The notes under the pieces: generated by a model
Told to the model about the DNA's origin: nothing
What the model saw: only the letters and a program-made list of their open reading frames with translations
The model's database searches: none
Translations under genes and position numbers: made by a program
Assembly (NCBI GenBank): GCA_002317135.1
Contig: DCIX01000041.1
Location: forward strand, 4,529-68,528
Direction: 5' to 3'
Source: Bacteroidales bacterium UBA1715
Lineage (GTDB): Bacteria; Bacteroidota; Bacteroidia; Bacteroidales; UBA1715
DNA: 64,000 nt
In this document: positions 1-8,800 of the stretch, piece by piece
How positions within the stretch are numbered: the first letter of the stretch is position 1
Layout of the letters: every line of letters begins with the position of its first letter

Positions 1-272
1 TCATTATTCACTGTAGCAATACGAGCGTCGCATTGGGCACAATTTAAGCCACAGCAAGCTATCATCTGTAAACGTACAAATGAAACTGTTTGATTCTTGA
101 GAGAGATAGCATCTACTGTATAGCCATACTCTTTTAGTTCTTTCTTGTAACGTAAGAAAGAATGATCAATAGTAAAGCCACAAATGTCCTTTACCTCATC
201 AAAAGTAAGCGTACAAACATCTAACGCTTTGCCTTGGATTGCTTTCCATAATGGTTCATATTTACTACTCAT
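1..272 (-). CDS. hypothetical protein, N-terminal part only (gene runs off left edge); Cys-rich CCGLNCAQC segment
   Basis: Hand translation of the minus strand from ATG at 272-270 gives MSSKYEPLWKAIQGKALDVCTLTFDEVKDICGFTIDHSFLRYKKELKEYGYTVDAISLKNQTVSFVRLQMIACCGLNCAQCDARIATVNN with no stop before position 1. It is absent from the ORF track because it is edge-truncated. Confidence 0.45.
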   Translation of the reverse strand, partial: MSSKYEPLWKAIQGKALDVCTLTFDEVKDICGFTIDHSFLRYKKELKEYGYTVDAISLKNQTVSFVRLQMIACCGLNCAQCDARIATVNN

Positions 273-279
273 ATTCGAT

Positions 280-657
280 TTATATAGAAGGGATTTTTCG
301 CATAATTTCCTCAAATGCCCTCACCTGTTCACGAACTTCGTTTATACAAGGTCCCATTTCATTATCAAATGAAATAGATTGATCTAGCAAATACACGAAC
401 GCATTGTCATAGATTACAACATCTAATATATGTATGACTTCATAACAATTATCCGACGGTAATTCAAAAAAAATCTTCATTTGGTGTCCGTCGTCATAAT
501 TTATATTCCCTTGTAGATAATCGACGATAAAACTAATTCGCTCATAAATTTCCGAATGATTCAATTTTGGACAGGAAACGCGTGTCCAATCCTGCGTTGG
601 TTCAGAATACAACTGAACAGAAACCAACAAACAAATAATCGTCAAAAGTTTTTTCAT
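280..657 (-). CDS. small secreted hypothetical protein
   Basis: 125-aa ORF with an N-terminal signal-like segment MKKLLTIICLLVSVQLYS. No family recognised. Confidence 0.55.
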   Translation of the reverse strand: MKKLLTIICLLVSVQLYSEPTQDWTRVSCPKLNHSEIYERISFIVDYLQGNINYDDGHQMKIFFELPSDNCYEVIHILDVVIYDNAFVYLLDQSISFDNEMGPCINEVREQVRAFEEIMRKIPSI

Positions 658-771
658 TGCGACCCAAATTTTAGTTATGAAATTTCACAAATATAAGAAA
701 TGTTTTGAATCGGCAACAAACAAAAAAGGCCATCCCGAAGGACAGCCTTATACCTATTTAGTTGGTTGATA

Positions 772-1428
772 TTAGAATTTGTAAACGAAACCAACTCTAA
801 TGCTACCTAAAGTTGTAACATTGTTTGCGTTAGCTGACAAACCGATTCTGTTAGAAACGTTTTTGTTATCTTTTTCATCTGGGTCTTTAGTTATGCTTGT
901 AGAAGCACCTAAACTGCAGAAGTTCAAACCAGCTTCAAGTTCGAAGTGTTCGTTCAATTCATAAGTTACAAGAGGAGTTACATTCAAAGCGATTGTAGTT
1001 GTTCTCCAACCTTTTGTTTTTGTAGAAGATACATTTACAACAGGAGTTGATTGACCGAAAGAAGCAACAGCTTCAGCCTTCAATGCGAAATCACCGAAAG
1101 TTACGAATGTGTAACGAACAAATGGAGCGATAGACCAAGCATTTGTTTTTGTCCAAGTTTTTTTATCAACTTCTTTATCTGTAACTGATTTTGAAGTAGA
1201 AAGAGAAAGCATACCTCCAACAGCCAATTTATCAGATAATTCATAACCAACAACTGGAGAAAATGCCAATGTTGATGCAGCTGGTTTTGATTCAACAACT
1301 GTAGAACCTACAACCATACTTGAAGGAGTTGAAGAACCATTAGCAGAAAGACTTCCGCCAATGAACAATTGAGCGTTTGCTGATACTGCGAATGCGATAG
1401 CAGCCAATGAGATTAATACTTTTTTCAT
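772..1428 (-). CDS. outer-membrane beta-barrel (porin-family) protein
   Basis: Signal peptide MKKVLISLAAIAFAVSANAQ, alternating beta-strand-like pattern, and C-terminal GFVYKF ending in an aromatic residue, typical of OM barrels. Confidence 0.7.
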   Translation of the reverse strand: MKKVLISLAAIAFAVSANAQLFIGGSLSANGSSTPSSMVVGSTVVESKPAASTLAFSPVVGYELSDKLAVGGMLSLSTSKSVTDKEVDKKTWTKTNAWSIAPFVRYTFVTFGDFALKAEAVASFGQSTPVVNVSSTKTKGWRTTTIALNVTPLVTYELNEHFELEAGLNFCSLGASTSITKDPDEKDNKNVSNRIGLSANANNVTTLGSIRVGFVYKF

Positions 1429-1490
1429 ATCTATTAATTTTAAAGTTTAACGACGCAAAAATATACATCTTTGCATTCCGTTATTTATTG

Positions 1491-1688
1491 TTAATCTATA
1501 TCATTAAAGACTTTATCTATTTCTGACTCAATTCCATGAAGTTTTTGCTTGCATTTTGCAATAAGTTCCGCTGCTTTTTTGACTTCTGCAGTCAAATCAT
1601 CAAGTTTACATTCACCTGACTCAACTTTCGCCACAATACTTTCCAATTCCTCCATTGCTGCGTCATACGAAAATTCTTCTTGCTCCAT
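1491..1688 (-). CDS. xseB: exodeoxyribonuclease VII small subunit
   Basis: 65 aa. FSYDAAMEELESIVAKVESGECKLDDL matches the XseB N-terminal helix pattern (cf. E. coli [26 protein letters not shown]). Confidence 0.8.
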   Translation of the reverse strand: MEQEEFSYDAAMEELESIVAKVESGECKLDDLTAEVKKAAELIAKCKQKLHGIESEIDKVFNDID

Positions 1689-1835
1689 ATTGTATGTATT
1701 TTATACAAAGGTATGTTTTTTCATAGTATACACCAAATATTTCATTTATTGTGCGATAAAAGAATACGATCGTTTGAAACGATTTTCATTCCTATAAAAT
1801 ATACAAACAATCATCGTATTTTTTAGCACGTTATA

Positions 1836-1843
1836 TACCTTTG
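1836..1843 (+). promoter_or_regulatory. candidate Bacteroidota -7 promoter box TAccTTTG
   Basis: tacctttg matches TAnnTTTG and lies 47 nt upstream of the ATG at 1890. Confidence 0.4.
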
Positions 1844-1889
1844 CACTATCTTTATGTCATATTAGTAACTAATTCAATTTAAAATAAAT

Positions 1890-2510
1890 ATGAAAGTTCT
1901 TCTTATAAACGGAAGCCCTCGCAAAAATGGAAACACAAGTGTTGCTCTTAACGAGGCGGCTAAACAATTAATAAAAAACAACATAGAAGCTGAAGTATTA
2001 TGGATAGGAAACAAGCCTGTCCGTGGTTGCATAGCTTGTAATCAATGTAAAGCAAATGGCAACAATCAATGTGTATTCAACGACGACATAACAAACGAAG
2101 TAATCGCCAAAATGGCCGAATGCGATGCTATTATTATTGGCGCACCTGTTTATTGGGGCCAACCTGCCGCACAAGCGCAAGCATTACAACAAAGAATGTT
2201 ATACGCCGGCGGTAGCAACTTCAAAGGTAAACCTGCTGCGGCAGTATGTGTTTGCCGTAGAGGTGGCGCATCGGCAGCATTCCAAACACTACAGATGCCA
2301 TTCCAAATGTGTAACATGCCTATCGTTACATCGCAATATTGGAACATTGCCTACGGACGTGAAGAAGGACAAGCAGCATTCGATACCGAAGGCCTACAAA
2401 CTATGCGTACATTAGCCAATAACATGGCCGTGATGTTACAAATGTATGCTACCGGTACAGCTCAAAAGCCAGAAGCAGAAGCATGGCAACCTATGAATTT
2501 TATTAGATAG
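1890..2510 (+). CDS. flavodoxin-like fold NAD(P)H-dependent FMN reductase / iron-sulfur flavoprotein family
   Basis: MKVLLINGSPRKNGNTS N-terminus and AIIIGAPVYWG motif are typical of this family. Confidence 0.8.
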   Translation: MKVLLINGSPRKNGNTSVALNEAAKQLIKNNIEAEVLWIGNKPVRGCIACNQCKANGNNQCVFNDDITNEVIAKMAECDAIIIGAPVYWGQPAAQAQALQQRMLYAGGSNFKGKPAAAVCVCRRGGASAAFQTLQMPFQMCNMPIVTSQYWNIAYGREEGQAAFDTEGLQTMRTLANNMAVMLQMYATGTAQKPEAEAWQPMNFIR

Positions 2511-2518
2511 CAATTGCA

Positions 2519-3073
2519 ATGATTCTACGAATAAAAAATATGGTTTGCCCACGCTGTATTATGGTGGTACGTTCTATTTTCGACAAACTATCCATAAACA
2601 TCGTCCGCATATCGTTAGGAGAAGTAGAATTAGATCAAGTTCCAACTGCAGAACAAATGCAAGTAATTCAAGACCAACTTATAGAGGTTGGTTTTGAACT
2701 ACTTGAAGAACCTCGTAGTATCCTTATAGAACAAATACGCCTTGCTGTTATAGATTGGGCACGAATGGAAGGTGAACATCCACGACTTTCCGATTATCTG
2801 CAAGATAAGTTAGGATACGACTACAACACAATAAGCAAAACATTTAGCGAATCACAGAGTATTACAATTGAACGCTACGCAATACTGCAAAGAATAGAAT
2901 ATGCGAAAGAACTACTTTGCTATAGCCAAATGACTATGAGCGAAATAGCTTATCAGTTAGGATACAGTTCACCGGCACATCTTTCCGCACAATTTAAACA
3001 AGTGATAGGTATGTCACCGAAAGCTTTCAGGGAACAAAAAGTAAAAAAACGACAATTTCTGACCGAGATATAA
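2519..3073 (+). CDS. AraC-family transcriptional regulator with N-terminal HMA-like metal-binding domain
   Basis: N-terminal NMVCPRC (MxCxxC-like). C-terminal AraC HTH (MSEIAYQLGYSSPAHLSAQFKQVIGMSPKAFR). Confidence 0.8.
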   Translation: MILRIKNMVCPRCIMVVRSIFDKLSINIVRISLGEVELDQVPTAEQMQVIQDQLIEVGFELLEEPRSILIEQIRLAVIDWARMEGEHPRLSDYLQDKLGYDYNTISKTFSESQSITIERYAILQRIEYAKELLCYSQMTMSEIAYQLGYSSPAHLSAQFKQVIGMSPKAFREQKVKKRQFLTEI

Positions 3074-3140
3074 ACATTTAGCGGAATTTTATAAAAACAC
3101 TTATTTTTTTGTTCGTAGTATTGCTTTCAAAAAAAAGAAA

Positions 3141-4373
3141 ATGACAACATATTTAAACGCATTATGGCACATTACAAGCGAAATGGCGCCATATTTATTA
3201 CTTGGATTTCTTGTTGCTGGCGTACTTCATGTACTTGTACCACGCAATTTTTATTCTAAATATTTATCAAAAGATAATTTTGGTTCAGTTTTAACCGCCG
3301 CCCTACTTGGTATTCCCCTACCACTTTGTTCATGTGGGGTAATTCCAACCGCCATAGGTTTACGTAACGAAAAAGCTTCGAAAGGTGCCGTTGCTTCATT
3401 TCTGATTGCAACTCCACAAACAGGTATAGACTCAATTATTGCAACGTTCTCGCTTATGGGAATTGCATTTGCCGTTGTACGCCCTATTGCCGCTTTAGTA
3501 ACCGGTATCTGCGGAGGTATGCTCGTAACATGGCTTTGCGCAAAAGACAAATTTGATACAACAGAAGAAAATAACACTGCGACTCAAAAGAAACAAAAGA
3601 ATGCATTGTTAGCAATTCTACAATATTCTTTTGTGGATATGATACAAAGCATAGGCGGACGTTTGTTTTTAGGCTTATTATTGGCTGCACTAATACAAAT
3701 AGGTATTTCCGACGACTTCTTCCTAACCTACGGCAATGCTCCTCTTCTACAAATGCTTGTAATGTTGGTTATTGCCATTCCTATGTATATATGTTCAACC
3801 GGTAGTATTCCTATTGCTGCAGCATTGTTAGCCAAAGGATTAACACCTGGTGCCGCATTGGTTTTACTTATGGCTGGTCCTGCCGTAAACCTTGCTTCTA
3901 TTATGGTTGTGAAAAAAGCCATGGGTATGAAATTCACCTTGATTTACGTAGGTAGCGTTGTACTTGGAGCTATATTATTCGGTTTGACCTTAAATAACTT
4001 CAACGGTTTGCTATCGTTCACACAGACAACAGCAGAGCACTGTTGCGAGGTTCATGAAGAACAAACATCATGGTTTACAATTATTTGCACAATTTTTCTT
4101 TTATTACTAATATTAAACGTATTTATCATGGGTATTTTTAGTCGATTCAAAAAACAACAAGTTGAAGCTTCTGAAGTATTGTATTCAGTTGAAGGTATAG
4201 ATTGTAAACACTGTAAAGCCGCTGCCGAAGCCGCATTAGAAAAAGTTGCCGGCATAGAAGCAATAGAAATCAACCTTGAACAAAAAACTGTAAAAATAAA
4301 AGGAACAGCTTCTGAATCAGATATTTCTGCTGCTATCGAAAAGGCTGGATTTACATTTAAAGGTAAAAAATAA
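3141..4373 (+). CDS. multi-pass permease with C-terminal heavy-metal-associated domain (Cu/Zn efflux-type, DUF318/ArsP-like)
   Basis: Hydrophobic permease with PLCSCGVIP motif. C-terminal HMA domain YSVEGIDCKHCKAAAEAALEKVAGIEAIEINLEQKTVKIKG. Confidence 0.8.
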   Translation: MTTYLNALWHITSEMAPYLLLGFLVAGVLHVLVPRNFYSKYLSKDNFGSVLTAALLGIPLPLCSCGVIPTAIGLRNEKASKGAVASFLIATPQTGIDSIIATFSLMGIAFAVVRPIAALVTGICGGMLVTWLCAKDKFDTTEENNTATQKKQKNALLAILQYSFVDMIQSIGGRLFLGLLLAALIQIGISDDFFLTYGNAPLLQMLVMLVIAIPMYICSTGSIPIAAALLAKGLTPGAALVLLMAGPAVNLASIMVVKKAMGMKFTLIYVGSVVLGAILFGLTLNNFNGLLSFTQTTAEHCCEVHEEQTSWFTIICTIFLLLLILNVFIMGIFSRFKKQQVEASEVLYSVEGIDCKHCKAAAEAALEKVAGIEAIEINLEQKTVKIKGTASESDISAAIEKAGFTFKGKK

Positions 4374-4381
4374 TCAGCGTT

Positions 4382-5083
4382 ATGTTTACAATCCATGAAA
4401 CATGTACGCCGACAAAAGTCGACGAGAACAAGAAACTAAAACTATCCACCGCCATCAAAATGATGCACGACAGCGATGATTTATGGATAGATTCTGAGCC
4501 AGTTGCAAAGAATTGTTTTGAAACAGAACATCGCGCACAAGTTTTAGCCTATCGTCAGGTTGATATTATTCGTGTACCGGAACTGAGAGAGAAATTAACC
4601 ATATCTACAGCCATATACGAATGTAAGCCACTCTTCGGATTCAGAAACGACATAATACGTGACGAAGCCGGAAATCCCTGTTATGTAAGTTACGGAATGG
4701 GAGCATTTATCGACAAGGAAGCCGGTAAACTCAACCCTCTTCCACAGGCAATATTGGATTCGTTGACATACGATCCTAAATATGAGATGGAATATACTGA
4801 TCGTAAAATACGCTTGCCAAAAATTGCTCCGCAAGAATGCGCCAAAGTATTGGTAACCCGCGATGATATTGATTACAACCATCACATGAACAACAGCCAA
4901 TACATTCGTATAGCAATGGAACTACTCCCTGCCGATTTCACAGTAAAACGTATGCGCGTTGAGTACAAAATTGCGGCAAGACAAGGCGAAGAATTAACTC
5001 CATTCCTCTACATAGATAACAATGTTTACTATATAGAACTAAAATGCGAACGAGGTACATGTGCAATTATGTCATTTGAATAG
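4382..5083 (+). CDS. acyl-ACP thioesterase
   Basis: 233 aa with a double hot-dog pattern. DIDYNHHMNNSQYIRIAMELLP is characteristic of acyl-[ACP] thioesterases. Confidence 0.75.
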   Translation: MFTIHETCTPTKVDENKKLKLSTAIKMMHDSDDLWIDSEPVAKNCFETEHRAQVLAYRQVDIIRVPELREKLTISTAIYECKPLFGFRNDIIRDEAGNPCYVSYGMGAFIDKEAGKLNPLPQAILDSLTYDPKYEMEYTDRKIRLPKIAPQECAKVLVTRDDIDYNHHMNNSQYIRIAMELLPADFTVKRMRVEYKIAARQGEELTPFLYIDNNVYYIELKCERGTCAIMSFE

Positions 5084-5133
5084 TCTATTATTTCTAAAAG
5101 AAACTTTTATAGTCTTTTTTAGAAAAGAAATCT

Positions 5134-5141
5134 TACATTTG
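5134..5141 (+). promoter_or_regulatory. candidate -7 box TAcaTTTG for the tRNA gene
   Basis: tacatttg lies 12 nt upstream of the tRNA 5' end. Confidence 0.35.
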
Positions 5142-5152
5142 CACAGTATTAA

Positions 5153-5225
5153 GCGAGAGTAGCTCAGTTGGTAGAGCACAAGCTTCCCAAGCTTGGGGTC
5201 GCGGGTTCGAGCCCCGTTTCTCGCT
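5153..5225 (+). tRNA. tRNA-Gly (anticodon CCC)
   Basis: Hand-folded 73-nt cloverleaf. Acceptor gcgagag/ttctcgc, D arm gctc-agttggta-gagc, anticodon stem caagc/gcttg with loop ttCCCaa, T arm gcggg-ttcgagc-cccgt, discriminator U. Confidence 0.88.
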
Positions 5226-5259
5226 CTTATCCCCCAACACTTACAAAACCAAGAAACAA

Positions 5260-5418
5260 CTACGTCCTTATCGTGCGGCGATAGCTCAATGCATAACTTT
5301 TACACTGCGGACAAAACAGATAATTTTCGTTTAATCTACAAAAGTCCGTATCTTCTTTCTTTGCAAACAAGTTTCCACATTCCGGGCAGAAGACATCTTC
5401 TTTTCTTTCACCAAACAT
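5260..5418 (-). CDS. unannotated 52-aa zinc-ribbon ORF (CPxC...CPxC)
   Basis: Hand translation gives MFGERKEDVFCPECGNLFAKKEDTDFCRLNENYLFCPQCKSYALSYRRTIRT then TAG at 5262-5260. It falls below the 60-aa cutoff of the ORF track. Two CPxC knuckles lie 21 residues apart. Confidence 0.3.
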   Translation of the reverse strand: MFGERKEDVFCPECGNLFAKKEDTDFCRLNENYLFCPQCKSYALSYRRTIRT

Positions 5419-5430
5419 TGGTCACCACAT

Positions 5431-5458
5431 GTAGAGACGGTGTGCACACCGTCTCTAC
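5431..5458. repeat. REP copy 1: 28-bp perfect palindrome GTAGAGACGGTGTGCACACCGTCTCTAC
   Basis: Exact match, intergenic. Confidence 0.95.
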
Positions 5459-5545
5459 AAACAACGTTCACGTTCAATATACACTGCCATTATATTGACA
5501 ACACAGGGCATGTGACAATGACGCATGGGCGGAATTTTACCGCAT

Positions 5546-5573
5546 GTAGAGGCGGTGTGCACACCGTCTCTAC
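5546..5573. repeat. REP copy 2 (one arm mismatch: GTAGAGGCGG...)
   Basis: 27/28 match. The A-to-G change at position 7 gives a G:T pair in the hairpin. It lies 10 nt beyond the stop of the RAYT fragment. Confidence 0.9.
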
Positions 5574-5583
5574 CATTACGATG

Positions 5584-5871
5584 CTATTCAGTGTTTAATT
5601 CATCATTCTGCCAGGTTACAACATTTTTTTCAATATATTCCGATATGCGTTTGATTTCATCCTGATTGCGTATAATATGGTCGTGGAAACGGGTTTGCCA
5701 AACGAATGGAATGTTGTTTTGGTTGGCATAATTGGTAATGGCACGTTTCAGGCCACCTATAACAACAGATAAATGCCCCTTGTTTTTAGAAATAGTTTGC
5801 ATTTTATCATTCACCACATCCGATTTCCTACGTTCACCCGTAGAGACGGTGTGCACACCGTCTCTACTCAT
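5584..5871 (-). pseudogene. C-terminal half of a second, diverged RAYT (IS200/IS605-type Y1 transposase) gene, beginning exactly at a REP
   Basis: SRDGVHTVSTGERRKSDVVNDKMQTISKNKGHLSVVIGGLKRAITNYANQNNIPFVWQTRFHDHIIRNQDEIKRISEYIEKNV aligns with residues ~120-212 of the intact RAYT at 9173-9811. The N-terminal and HUH parts are missing. Confidence 0.75.
5840..5867. repeat. REP copy 3
   Basis: Exact 28-bp palindrome. It forms the 5' end of the RAYT fragment and lies 11 nt from the hsdR stop. Confidence 0.95.
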
Positions 5872-5878
5872 TTTTATT

Positions 5879-8800
5879 CTAACAATACCTCTTAAAATTC
5901 TCAGCCTGTTCTATCACTTTGTCATACACATCTTCAGGATGGTCCTCGGCTGGCGGATACTTATGTTTAGCCATAATCACGATTAAATCGAACTGCATTT
6001 CCGACATGATATCAGCACGCTTAAAGCAGTCGGTATAATGGGTTTTGTCGGCTATAATCGCTTTCATTTCCTTAGCAATCTCAATCATATTTTCATCTGG
6101 ATAATCAAAACCTCGTTCATCACGAACAGATTTTAGAATATCGAAAAATGCTTTTTCCTCATAATCTATACCAAGATCTTCATGAGACTTGCGTTCTTTG
6201 TCTAATTCCTCCATCATCTTCTTAATGTCGTCAACCACTTTTTTCATTACTTCAGTTACGTTGGCAACATCGTCGCTGCGGTCGTTATACGTGCGAATGA
6301 TTTCGTTTAAACGCTCGCCAAACACAATAGACTTGACTTTGTTCACTTTTCCGAATTCTGAAATCTGCTGTTTCACCAAGCGTTCCAACATGCGAAGTCT
6401 AATGTTTGGCAGATTTATCTTTTCTATACAATCGAGATGTTTCTTGTCGAAAATATCAAGGTCACCTTTTGTATCTTCCACTATCTTCACAACTTCTTCC
6501 ACACCGCTACTAACAAGAGCATCGGCTACTAATTTTCGAACACGTTCGTTCATCTCGGCTACATCGGGTGCATCGCCTTTGGTCATTTTGAATACAATGG
6601 AACGAACTGCGGTGAAGAACAACACTTTCTCTCTATGTATTTTATGCAAATTCTCGCTTGACGAACACATATTAAATGCCTGACGCATACGTTTCGCATG
6701 ACCCATAAACAAATTCTTACGTTCCTCTTCTTCCAATACAAAGTTTGCTCCTCCATTTAAGCATTGTAACTGTTTTAGAGCACTTTTTGCAAAGAAATCT
6801 TTATAATCGTACTTGTGCATAATGCCGTCGAGCACTTCGATTTCGTCTTTAACTATAGTAACAAGTTCGTCTATGCCTTCGGTTGGATCATCTCCACCAT
6901 CGCCTTTATCTGTACCATATTGTTTGAGGGCCTTGTTCATATTGCGTTTAATGCCGAGATAATCGACAACAAGACCTTTTTCTTTTCCCTCGCACACACG
7001 GTTTACACGACTGATGGTTTGAATAAGCGTATGTCGTTGCAATGGTTTGTCAACATACATAGTGTCGAGACTCGGAACATCGAAACCGGTGAGCCACATA
7101 TCAACAACTATCACTATTTTAAAGTTTGAATGTGGTTCTTTGAACTGACGTGCCCACTCTTGACGGTCGGCTTTATTGCCAAGCAATTTCGATAATTCCG
7201 GAACATCGTCTTTGTTGGTAGTCATCACCATTTTTACACGTTCCATTGGCAGAAGTTTGTCTTTTTCGTCTTCGGCAAGTTCAAACTCTGATGCACATGG
7301 TAGTTTCTTTGCCCATTCAGGACGAAGTGCTATGATATTTTTATATAAGTCGAAAGCTATTTCACGCGACGAACACACCACCATTGCTTTTCCGCACACG
7401 GTTGCTCCTTCGGCTATGCGTTGTTCGTAATGCGCAACAAGGTCTTCTGCAACTTTTTGCAAACGTTTTGGATCACCAATAATAGCATCCATCGTGGCAC
7501 TTTGCTGCTTGCTTTTGTTTATCTGTTCCTCGGTGCTTCCTGCATCCTCACATTCTTCATAATACTTGTCTATTGCTTCCAATTTTTCGTTGTCGGCAAA
7601 AACTTTGGCAGCACGACCTTCATAAACAATTCGCACAGTGATTCCATCGTTTACCGAATCGACCATAGTATATTTATCTACCACACCGCCAAACACGGCA
7701 ATGGTTTCGTCGATTGGTGTTCCTGTAAAACCGACATAGATTGCATTCGGCAACGAATTGTGCAGATATTGTGCAAAACCATACGTAGTTTTCATTGCGG
7801 TTGCCATACCATCTTTATCGAATGAAATCCGGGTTGATTCCTCCAAATTGGTTTGGGTACGATGTGCCTCGTCGCTTATGCAGATAATGTTTTTGCGATC
7901 GCTCAGCAGATTAATATCTTCCGAAAATTTCTGTATCGTGGTTAGAAACACGCCTCCACTTTTTCGACCGTTCAGTTTCTTGCGTAATTCTTCACGGCTG
8001 TCTATTTGTTCGATGGTTTCGTCGCCAATAAATTTTTTAGCACGGATAAACTGACTTGAAAGCTGGTCGTCGAGATCGGTTCTATCAGTTATAAGCAAAA
8101 TAGTCGGTGACTCCAGTTCGGTTGAACGCATCAACATTCTGCTCAAGAAAAGCATAGCCAAACTTTTACCACAACCTGTAGCGCCAAAATACGTTCCTCC
8201 TTTTCCATCGCCAATCTTATGATGTTCCAAAATGTTTTGGTACAACATAGTAGCAGCAAAATATTGCGGATAGCGGCATACTATCTTCTCTTCTTTGGTA
8301 CTTGAATCAGGGAAATAGATAAAGTTGCGCACAACTTCGAGCAAGCGTTCTTTGCGAAACAAACCGTGTACCATTGTAAAGAGGGAATCAAGTCCGTTAC
8401 TTGGCTTGTCCTCCGGTTCGATACGATTCCATGCATAGAAATATTCATATGGAGTAAACAACGAACCAAATTTATTTTGTGCTCCGTCGCTTATCACGAC
8501 AAATGCATTGTACCGGAACAAACTTGGAATATCTTTACGATACCGAACAGTGATTTGCGTAAAAGCATCTTTTATAGTACAATGTTCCTTTACAGCTGTT
8601 TTGAATTCCATCACCACCAACGGCAAACCGTTTACATACACAATAGCGTCAGGACGACGGTTACACACCTCAACAATCTCAACCTGATTCACAATTTTGA
8701 AATCGTTGTTTTGGGGATGGTCGAAATCTATCAATCGAATCCATAATGGTTCCTTCGTAGAGACGGTGTGCACACCGTCTCTACCATCATCCAAACCTGC

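Noticed and set aside
5431-5458. The REP contains type II restriction-site-like words (GTGCAC at the centre, CGTCTC/GAGACG in the arms), suggesting a link to R-M target sites
   Set aside because: Any 28-bp palindrome contains short palindromic words. Type I enzymes recognise bipartite asymmetric sites. Nothing in the window supports a functional link.
5193-5498. ORF-track entries built around the palindrome (5193-5498+, 9158-9616+, 9300-9515+, 9837-10067+, 10031-10285+, 39839-40129+, 9049-9231-)
   Set aside because: They exist only because two frames of the palindrome are stop-free (RDGVHTVST / VETVCTPSL). They have no other coding features and overlap real genes or REP-rich spacers.
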